In this document: piece after piece, positions 1 to 8,942 of the stretch
How the letters are laid out: every line of letters begins with the position of its first letter
Numbering within the stretch: the first letter of the stretch is position 1
NCBI GenBank assembly: GCA_026770705.1
Contig: JANJGN010000031.1
Span: 1,488,001 to 1,552,000 of the forward strand
Reading direction: 5' to 3'
Length of the DNA stretch: 64,000 bases
Source: Isurus oxyrinchus
Taxonomy: Eukaryota
Made by a program: the position numbers and the translations under genes
The notes under the pieces: generated by a model
Told to the model about the DNA's origin: nothing
The model's database searches: none
Seen by the model: the letters and a program-made list of their open reading frames with translations, nothing else

Positions 1-1811
1 CTCCAGCTGCCCTTTCTCCTCAAGGAGTCAGCCAGGGACCCTCTGGCACCCATAGGGAGGAGGCCTATCCACCAGCTGACTCTGGGAGTGACTGATCCAT
101 CCAACTCCCCTTTACTGTGACCTCAGCAGCTTCAGCTCCACAGGCCGAGGAGGGAGCCATTGCCACACAGCAGGACCCCAAAAGCAGGCCGGGGCCCTCC
201 AAGTCTCAGCCCTCCAGAGCACGCCCACCAAAAGTCACCACAGACAGGGCATAGCAGTCAGCAGTCTGCCCCCACCTCCACTGTGGATGTCCAGGGAGCA
301 TCAAGACGTAGTGGCAGGGTTAGGGGACAGTTAAGGAGAACTAGTTGCACAGCCTGGGCACAAGTGTTAATCACTCATATATAATGTTCACTTTTGTCAA
401 TAAACTCCCAAGAATGTCTCCCAGCCTATGGCTCCTTGCTCTGATGAGCAGGGTTCATGTCACTCAGATGTGAAATCATTCTGCACAAGGTAAAGGCAGG
501 TGTCTCAGTCCAGGGCCTCTTCCCTGTGTCTGTGCAGCCTTCAGACCAAAGTGATTGTCTAGCCTCACACTCCCTGGAAACATTACTGATGCCTGCACCT
601 CAGTGGTACTGGTCATTGCTGCCAGAATGTAGTAAGCAGGCACCACAGAGTTCTCTCATTCTCTCTGTGTGCTCTCAGCACCTTTAAGGTGCGGCTGGCC
701 CCCATCTCTTCAATACTTGTGACCACTGATGCTGTGCCCAGCTCCTGAAGGGCTCAGGTGCTGAGGGTGGACAAAGGATCATATGTTTCTAAAGTTTCAT
801 TGCTGCACCTCTATGATATGATCCTGATAACATAACGTAAGCGAGCTGCCCTCAGCCAGACAGGAGTCAGACATTCTCAGAGGCTATGTGATGATTTATG
901 GAGTGTCTTCACTGTGTGCTGTAATCATCGTCCTGCAACTGAGTGACTATTAGGGCCTCCACTGCATCTCCATGACAGGAGCATTATCACAGAGGGTATT
1001 GGCATTGCCAATACATTACATAATGTCGTCAAACATTCACAAATGCGATGTGAGGAACTATGGGGTCTCTCCAATGCATATCATCATCATCCTCCACAAA
1101 TCTATCAGCTATGAGAGCCTCATCCCCGTTGTTATTTGTCTCTGAGGATCCCCTCACCCTCATCCCTGTCAGTGTCCTCCTCATCCAAGGAGACCTCCAG
1201 CTCCTCCATCTCCTCCTCTCAATCTCGTATCACCTTTGAAGCACCAGGTTATAAAGGACGCAGCAGACGATGATGATGCATGACACCCTCTGTGGACTGT
1301 ATTGCAGGGCTCCACCAGCACTGGAACCTCACTTTCAGCATCCCAATGGTCTGCTCCACCAAGTTGTGAGCAGCTACATGAGCCTCATTACAGTGTCGCT
1401 CTGCTGCAGTCTGAGGCCGCCACACGGGTGTCATCAGCCACGGCCTCTGTGAGCAGCCCTTGTCCCCGAGCAGCCATCCCTGCAGCTTCTGTGGACCCTG
1501 GTAGACTCCAGGGATCTGTGACCGACTGAAGGTGTAGGAAACTGTGCGCACACCTGCAGGATGCATTTCTGGTGGTCGCACACTAGCTGCACATTCAGCC
1601 AATGGAACCCCCTGCAGTTGATGTAGTTCACCTTGTGTTGTGATGGAGACCTGAGCACCACATGAGTGCAGTCGATCGCACCCTACACCCGTGGGAAACC
1701 TGAGATCTGGGTGAATCCAATTGTTCATGCATCCTGGCTGTCTTAGTCCTGGGAAAAATGCACAAAGTTGTGTTGCCCTTGCAAAGCTGGCATCCATGAC
1801 CTCAATGCATG
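1..1811. mobile_element. Degenerate Harbinger/PIF DNA transposon (3' part of Myb/SANT gene plus truncated transposase), cut by window start
   Basis: Minus-strand frames give NCRGFHWLNVQLVCD and GWLLGDKG...WLMTP...N.AH...VEQTIGMLKVRF, matching PIF/Harbinger DDE motifs. Same sequence as 21296-23108. Confidence 0.85.
1130..1811 (-). pseudogene. Harbinger (HARBI1-family) DDE transposase remnant, frameshifted and 5'-truncated
   Basis: Motifs are split between ORFs 1434-1661 and 1249-1797; acidic Glu/Asp tail at ~1140-1220; N-terminus absent. Confidence 0.85.
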
Positions 1812-2844
1812 AACCAAAGTGCTAAATTCTTTGCCGGCAATAATTCACAGATTATTTCATAAACACCCGAAAAGCGACCTTGAATCTGAGAGAAGTGAGT
1901 TAACGGTTTTCAGCAGATTCTGAAACCGCTGTCAGGGGGCAGGTGTCCTGCTGCTGAATACACCTTGTACAGTGTGAACCATCAGAGGCGTTTAAAGGTT
2001 CCAAAATGAATTATTTCCTAGTTGTGTGGGATATTCTCTTTAGAGATGAGATGGCTGAGCTAAAGTTTGCCGAAATGGGGAAAGGGTGAGGGTTTCCTAT
2101 GGATTCTGTTTGTGCAGAGAGATTGGAGTAGCCGGGATTCTCCTCCACAGTGGAGATTAGATAACAGCATTCAGATCCATGAAGGTTTTTCTTAGAGTGA
2201 ATAGGGAGAAGCTGTATCCAGTGATTCGGAACCGATGAACGATGTTTTAAGATGACTAGGGGCGGTAATTAGAATTGTTTCCTTCAGTCAGTGATATCAT
2301 TGACCCTGTCTCACTTGCTCAGTTTGAACATACATGACAATCAGGAAGCGGAAGGGGCTCAGTGTCAACCCTTGGTGCTATCCAGCTTTGACTTTGAAAC
2401 TTTCATTCTCCCCGAACCTGCTTCTTATTCTTGTCTGGCACTATTTGAACATGTCCTGTAATAATCGTAAGCACTTGTCAGAGTCTCCGCAAATTCTAAT
2501 CACCAGTCTTCCTCCTAGATACCCAGTCATAAGGCATCTTTAGATCAGTGAATACATGAGGACTCAAAACGTCAACCCTTTTCTTCTCCGCCAATGCTGC
2601 CAGACCTGTTGAGTTTTATCAGCCTAGTGAACCGTCTCTCAACTCTTTCCAATGCAAGTATATCCCTACTTAATTAAAGTGACCAAAATGGAACCCATTG
2701 CCGTATGTGTGGCCTCACCAATTCCCTGTGCAGTTGTATCAAGACTTCTCTACTTTCATACTTAAACATTAGAACTCTACTTTATAAGCACAAACTTGTT
2801 TCCAAATTGCATCATGGTCACACATATTCCCTATCCCTGGGCCT

Positions 2845-3185
2845 TCCCTCAGCATCTACAACCCTCCCTATCTATGTAACCACCTCCAGCCTCTACAATC
2901 CTCCATATCTCTGTAATCTCTACCAGCCCCTAAAACCCTTCCTATCTATGTAATCACCTCCAGCCCCGACAACTCTCCTCATCACTGTAATCTCCTCCAG
3001 ACTCTAAACCCTCCCTATCTCTTTAATCTCCTCCTGCCCCCACAACACTCCCTGTCTCTGTAACCTCGTCCAGCACCTACAACCGCCTATCTGTGTAACC
3101 TGCTTTTACAACCACCCCCCCCCCCCCCCCACCAACTCTGTACCCTCCACCAGCCCCTTCAACCCTCCGTATCTATGTAACCAGC
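2845..3185 (+). repeat. Degenerate ~33-bp C-rich minisatellite (ctccagcc.ctacaaccctccctatct.tgtaac); also at ~24143-24483 and ~46783-47121
   Basis: About 9-10 imperfect tandem copies are visible, with a variable poly-C tract. Confidence 0.8.
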
Positions 3186-3579
3186 TCCCATCTCAAAACC
3201 TTCCGGGATCTGCAACTGTCCTAATTCTGGTCTCTGGAATATTCTCAATTTGAATTTCACTCTTATTGGCAGCGATCAACCACCAAGTAATGGGTTTCCT
3301 TCACTACATCTCTTCGCCTCTCTATCTCTCTCCTACTTTAAGGTACTCCTGAAAACCTACCTCTTAGATCAACTTTTTGGCCATCTACTCTAATATATTC
3401 TTACCCCGCTCGGTGTCAAAGCAGGTTTTATAATACCCAGGAGAAGTGTCTTGGGCTAGTTCACTACATTAAGGATGCCATCTAAATATAACTTTTTCTC
3501 CTGTTGGCATTAAGGTTATAACAGCGTGAATTCACTAAACTGAAACCGGCGGTTAGAGGCTAAATTATGGGGATGGATT

Positions 3580-4235
3580 CTTTTTAATTTCTTCTCGTGA
3601 TGTGAACGTGGCAAGACCAAAATTAATTCCGGAGCCTTGAAAAATCATGGTGAGCCACCTCGTTCAATGGCTGCAGCGAATGATGTGTGGGTACATCCCC
3701 GGTTAGGGAGGGTGTCCTAATGTTTACACCCAGCAACAGCGAAAGAAGACTTAAGTATTTCCCATTCCGAATAGTGTGTGATTTGGAGGGGTATTTGTAG
3801 GTGGTGGTGTTCCCATGTCTCTGCTGACCCTTTCTCAGGTATAAATGTTGCAGTTTTTGATCACATTGCAAAAGAAACCTTGGCGAATTCTTGCAGTGCA
3901 TCTTGTAGATGGTACACACTGTGCTACTCAGCATCGGTAGTGCATGGAGTGAATGTTTCTGGATGTGGTGCCATCAAGCGGACTGCTTTGTCCTGGATAG
4001 TGTTTATCTTCGAGTGTTGTGGGAGCTGCACTCATCCAGGCAAGTGGAGAGTCTTCCATCACACTCCTGACTTGTGCCATGTAGACAGTGGACAAGTCTT
4101 GGGGAGTCACGAAGTGAGTTACTTTCCACAGAAAACCCAGCCTCTGACTTGCCCTTTCAGCCCATTAGTTACGTTTCTGGTCAATGATAATCCCTAGGAT
4201 GTCGAGGATGGTGCATTCAGCGAAGGCAATGCCAT
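3580..4235 (-). mobile_element. CR1/L2-clade LINE ORF2 3' fragment; copies at ~24879-25534 and ~47517-48172
   Basis: Minus-strand peptides LSTVYMAQVRSVMEDSPLAWMSAAPTTL and VCTIYKMHC resemble the post-RT C-terminus of fish CR1/L2 LINEs; frameshifted. Confidence 0.7.
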
Positions 4236-4985
4236 TGGGAGTTGTTGGAGTTACATAGACTTGGTCTCTATTCCCTTGAGTATAATACATTTAGTGGTTA
4301 GTTAATTGAGCATTAGAAAAATGTTAAAATGGGTTTATATATTTGAGAAAGGGAAACAGTTCCCTGTGGTAGCTGAATCCAGACAAGATGGCAAAGTATT
4401 GAAATTCAGGCTAGGTATATTCAGATGTCCTGTTCTATTCCTTCGCATGACCAATGTGCTTATTGGAGTTACGGGTGAAATTGAGCTTTCAAGAGAAACA
4501 TATGGAACAAAGACAGTTAGATACAGTTAAGACATATTTGAACCATGGTCTAATTGAATGGCTCTACAGTTTCTGTGTAAAAGGCTCGAGAGACGTTTAA
4601 ACGGCCTCTTCCTGCAGCTATATAACTGGTCTGTTTAGGGGCAATTGACCTCCTCCTGCTGAAAAGTCGAATGAGCTAAATTGGATTCCGTTGTGCCACT
4701 TCAAACAATTTCAGTCGTCTGTTTCGTGGCCCTAGAGAGTCCTCTACTGTATTTGTGGAGAAATGCAACACAGCTTCAGTATATCGATTGAGAACAAATT
4801 CACTCCTCTCTATCGTTCTTCCTTTGTTTATTACATTCTCTCTTTCCTTCCTTTCTTTCGATATTCCCGATGTAACTTTTGTCTCTTCTTCTTGTCAAAA
4901 ACACATTCATTCTGCAAAATGAAATCAAGTTTTTTTGGGGACAGCGCATGATTTCCTCATTCACAGTTGTTTCCTGCCGCCTTTG

Positions 4986-5024
4986 GGCTTTTGTTGAGCT
5001 GCTCCATTTCTGTGAGTCACTGTG
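4986..5024 (-). other. 23-RSS of V-A1
   Basis: CACAGTG (5024-5018), 23-nt spacer, ACAAAAGCC (4994-4986). Confidence 0.95.
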
Positions 5025-5528
5025 AAGACTCCAGGCGCAGTAATACACGGCCGAGTGATCCGCCTGCAGGTTGGGGGTCTCCAGTTTGAATTCAGGGTCA
5101 CTCGGTCTCCGGGCAGTGAAACCGTCCACCGGGTCCCTCGGAACTAACTTGGTTGATAGCAGCTGAGTAAAACATTATTTGGGGCTCTCTCCCCGGGTAT
5201 TGTCTGTACCAGTTAATAGCAGGGTTAGTGCTGCCCTCCACATCGCAATTCAGTTCCACTGCCTGCCCGGGAAATTTGGAGACAGCGGCGGGAGTCTGGC
5301 GGATCGTCTGCGAGTTCACGTCTGGAGAAGAGGCAGGAAGAGGAGGAGGCCAGAACCGGAGAAATTCTGGAGATGGAGAAGGAAAGTGGGAAAGAAAGGA
5401 AGGAAGGAAGGGGGGAGGAGAGGAATAATGAAGGAAAGGAAATATAAAGGATTGTTGTTTAAACGGTTATTGCATAAAAAACATCACTTACATTGAAATA
5501 AGATCAGCAATCTCAAAACCACATATAT
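5025..5528 (-). pseudogene. TRBV: TCR beta V pseudogene A1 (TRBV30-like)
   Basis: Leader 5528-5492 with start codon mutated to ATA; GT/AG intron; V exon 5321-5025 is 297 nt with a +1 frameshift at ~5130 (GGACCCGGTG vs GGGCCGGTG). Cys, WYRQ and YYCAWS are present. Confidence 0.9.
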
Positions 5529-5599
5529 GTTGACCGGTAAAATTTTCCTATAATACGCAAATGAGCTGAACCAAGGGCGTTGGGCATTGTTGGGAACCG

Positions 5600-5715
5600 A
5601 CCTGCTTGTTTAAAATCATTGATGAAAACATGAAGAGCTTAAGGAAGTGATTTAGGTGTAAAAAGCCAAGCCCCGCCCCCTCTGATTGAAAGCCCCGCCC
5701 TCATTATTGAGTGGA
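5600..5715 (-). promoter_or_regulatory. Putative V-A promoter: ETS site (AGGAAGTG), two GC boxes, CAAT-like elements
   Basis: Lies 70-190 nt upstream of the leader. The block gaaaaca.gaagagc...aggaagtga is shared with the V-D upstream region (~12088-12114). No Ig octamer seen. Confidence 0.5.
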
Positions 5716-6479
5716 ACAGGACGTTTCAAAGCGGACAGAGTGGGAAAAGAAGCGGCAGATGCATTTTGATGTGACCCATTCTCAGGACATCCAGGGTCGA
5801 CCTAAGAAAGAGGGAGCAGGATACTTTCTAACTGGCGGAAGCGAAGGACTCTGGAGCTGCAAAGGAATTTAGTTGTCTCGCTGAACAAGGAAGAATCATA
5901 CAGTCCAATCGAATTTTTACTTGAAGGGAACTAGAAGGCGAAACGGAGGAAGTTCTGGCTCATTGTAAGGAACTCAGAACAAACCCCTCCGACAATCCTT
6001 CTTTCCATTCGGGGCAGTCACATCAGGAAGGATGAATTGGACCTGGAGGGTGTTCAACGCTGATGCAACAGAATTATACCTTGGTTTAAGGGGTTAAATC
6101 ATGAGGACAGGTTGCATAATCTTGTCTGCCTGACCTTCAGCATGAAAGACCCACGGGAACATTTGAGGTTCTTTCATGAGTTTCAGAAGCAGTTATCACA
6201 GGCTATAGGTACCTTGTTTTCTAGATTCCCACACCAGGAAAAATAGTATAACTTCACAGTTAGAGACATGTCTTTCAGGGTGATGTGAGGAAATATTTCC
6301 TCTGACAAATGGTTGTAGAAATCTGGAACTGTCTCCCAGCAAAAGATTAATGGGGGGGGGGGCGTTAACCTTACATTTCAAAACTGAGATTGATGGACTT
6401 TTTGGGGGACAGTGTGCTGAGAAATATGGACTGGAGGTGGACAGTTGGAGGTAAAATGTAGTCCTGACGCGGTCATGGT

Positions 6480-6775
6480 AACCATTAACATTAACACTCC
6501 CTTTGTCCTTTAGCTCATGACATCTTTGTCAATCTCTCATTTGCCTCCACCTATCGCTGGCTTTGTATCCAGATCGACCTGCCCACCCCCCTTAAACAGT
6601 ATAAACTTCAACATATTTCCACTTCTCTTCAACTCTGAATAAGGGTCATACGGACTCAAAGCGTTAACTCCTTCTCTCTCCACAGATGCTGCTAGGCCTG
6701 CTGTGTTCTTTCAACATTTTCTGGGTTTTTGTTTTCAGATTTCTGGCATCTGCACTATTTTGCTTTTATTTTAGT
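6480..6775 (+). mobile_element. Penelope-type terminal-repeat fragment; related pieces at ~2545-2625 (+) and ~9575-9672 (-), repeated in units 2 and 3
   Basis: ctgaataagggtcatacggactcaaagcgttaact...cacagatgctgct..acctgctg is the same family as the insertion at 8801. Confidence 0.55.
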
Positions 6776-7713
6776 CATTTCCCTCGCCCTTTCTCTCTCT
6801 CTCTTTTTTCTGTTGTTCTTCCTTCTCTAACCTTCCCTCTCCCTTTCTATCCTTATTTCCCTCTTTCCTTTCTTTTTTTCACATTACTTAGTTGAATCTA
6901 TTTATTTCTCCCTCATGTATTTGTTTAGTTTCTCCTCAAGCACATCCCTGCTGCAACCACATTCTCACCACCCACTGGATTTATTTCTCCTGGATTCCCA
7001 GTTAATTGTATTACTGATGACGTCTTCTAATCGTTTTGATCTTCCTAGAAAGTGGAAACATGTTTGCGTTATCTTTCCTATCAAACAACTTTCACAATTT
7101 CAAATACCTCTATCATGAAAATATCTCAATCTTCTTGCTCGAATAGAAATGCATATTCCAATTCTTTGCTTTTAACTATAGTCTCTCAGTTCTGGTAACC
7201 TCCTCCTTAATTTTCCTTTTCACTTTCTACAGTCCTTCACAATATAATCAGTCACTTTCATTGTAGTCTTTTCTCTTATTGTCAAAAACCATATTAGCTC
7301 TGCAAGAAGAACAAAACACAACAGGTCCAGCCACCGCGCAGTGTTACCATTCGCAGCTGTTTCCTGCCGCCTTTGCATGAATTAGTTTGTTCCAAACTCC
7401 TGATTCGTTTTTGTAACTTATTCTCATCTTCCCCACCTCAATTCTAATAAATCCCTTCATCATTTCAATAAAACTTCTTGACAACTGCTCTCAACATCTA
7501 TTTTCCAACAAAAACGAACAAATTCAGAATATGCTGATGCTTGACCCACTCATATCTGGGAACTCTCTTCTCCAGTGCTTCCCAAACTAATCACTCACTT
7601 TTATTCTCGCTGTTCTCTTAGTGTCAAAAGGTCTTTGCCCCGAGAGAAAAAGAAACAGGGAGTCGAAGCGCCCGGTGATGTTGTTTCGGGCAGCTGTTTC
7701 CTGCCGCCTTTGG

Positions 7714-7752
7714 GGTTTTTGTTGAGCTGCTCCATCTCTCTGAGTCACTGTG
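7714..7752 (-). other. 23-RSS of V-B1 (consensus)
   Basis: CACAGTG (7752-7746), 23-nt spacer, ACAAAAACC (7722-7714). Confidence 0.97.
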
Positions 7753-8276
7753 AAGACTCCAGGCGCAGTAATACACGGCCGAGTGATTCCCCCGCAGGCT
7801 GGGGGACTCCAGCATGAACTTGGAGCCACTCGGTCTCTGGGCCTTGAAACCGTCCACCCGCCCCTCTGAACTCACTTGATTGGTGCCTGTGGAGTAAAAC
7901 ATCAGCTGCGGCTCCCTCCCCGGGTACTGTCTGTACCAGAACATGTAAAGGTTACTGCTCGCCTCTACAGTGCACTCCAGTTCCACTTTATCCCCGGAAT
8001 ATCTGGAGACAGCAGCGGGAGTCTGGCGGATAGTCTGTGAGTTCACATCTGGGGAACAGAAGGAGAGCGGAAGCCGTCAGTAAAGGGGGTTAATTGGGTG
8101 TTGGGGAAACAAAGAAAGATAAGAGATAAACGTAGAGAAATAGAAAGAAACACCAGAAGGAGAGAGAGCAAGGGAAGGTCAGCAAGTGGAGCGGAAAGCT
8201 CGAGGCTGAGCTGGAATTGTTGTCTGGAAAGTTCCTTACAGTGAAACATGATTAACGGCGGCAGCAACAGATACAT
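7753..8276 (-). CDS. TRBV: TCR beta V gene segment B1, apparently functional (TRBV30-like); exons 8276-8240 and 8048-7753
   Basis: Leader MYLLLPPLIMFH, phase-1 GT/AG intron, then open V exon (Y)VNSQTIRQTP...LECTVEASSNLYMFWYRQ...YYCAWSL directly followed by the RSS. Confidence 0.92.
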
Positions 8277-8334
8277 CTTCCACTTCAGGTTCCCTTTGAA
8301 CCAATCTTTATCACTGGTAAGAAAACACTAGAAA

Positions 8335-8470
8335 TAAAATGCTCCTCCTCCTCACTCTGATTGGCAGCCCAACCCCTCCCATTCAGACTAACAGCCCCGC
8401 CTTTTCCCGTTTCAGCCCCGCCTCTCTCTCCCTGATTGGATTATGTGGAGCTGCGGGCAGCAGGAAGGTG
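8335..8470 (-). promoter_or_regulatory. Putative V-B promoter: two CCAAT boxes (CCAATCAG), GC boxes, ETS-like CAGGAAG; paralogous to V-E promoter 17509-17645
   Basis: ctgattgg occurs twice and ccccgcc twice, 60-190 nt upstream of the ATG; conserved between B and E. Confidence 0.55.
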
Positions 8471-8800
8471 CGCACATGGGGGTGTTAGTGGACAGGGCAA
8501 AACTCGAGGGGTCACAACTCAGATTCATCAGGACAATACCGGAGTTTAGAGGGGTAAATTAAGAAGACAGGCTGCAGCAACCTTGCTGCATTCCCTGAAT
8601 TTAGAATAGTGAGGGGTGACTTAATTCAACTGCTCAAACTGGAAAAGCAAAATTGAGGGTATTTGATAGAAACTTTTCTCTCTGCTGGGAGGACTGTCCA
8701 AAAGAGTAGAATAACCTTAAAATTAGAGTTCGGAATGAGAGGTGAGCTTATTGATACATAGAAGATTCGGAGGTTGGCTTGAAAAGGCAGATACTGTTCT

Positions 8801-8942
8801 AGTTCTGTCGAAGGGTCATGAGGACTCGAAAGGTCAACTCTTTTCTTCTCCGCCGATGCTGCCAGACCTGCTGAGTTTTTCCAGGTAATTCTGTCTTTGT
8901 TTTGGATTTCCAGCATCCGCAGTTTTCTTTGTTTTTATTTTT
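8801..8942 (+). mobile_element. Short Penelope-type retro-insertion with 12-bp TSD AGATACTGTTCT; copies at 30109-30241 and 52747-52879
   Basis: TSD at 8789-8800 and 8943-8954; the paralogous site upstream of V-E (~17976) is empty. Confidence 0.75.

Noticed and set aside
1130-1811. RAG-like/Transib transposase or domesticated HARBI1 gene next to RSSs
   Set aside because: Motifs are PIF/Harbinger, not Transib/RAG1; the ORF is frameshifted, truncated and paired with a broken Myb gene.
7760-7775. Cryptic heptamer in FR3 for V replacement
   Set aside because: The sequence is TACTGCG rather than the TACTGTG cryptic RSS of VH genes.
7624-8046. ORF-track proteins extending past CAWS (…LHSDSERWSSSTKTPKAAGN…) as full-length single-exon genes
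   Set aside because: The extension is just the translated RSS and flank; the true structure is leader exon plus V exon ending at the heptamer.
8043-8276. 77-aa hydrophobic ORF (and the 104-aa ORF at 16546-16860) as a membrane peptide
   Set aside because: It is the leader read through a pyrimidine-rich intron; canonical splice sites explain the region.
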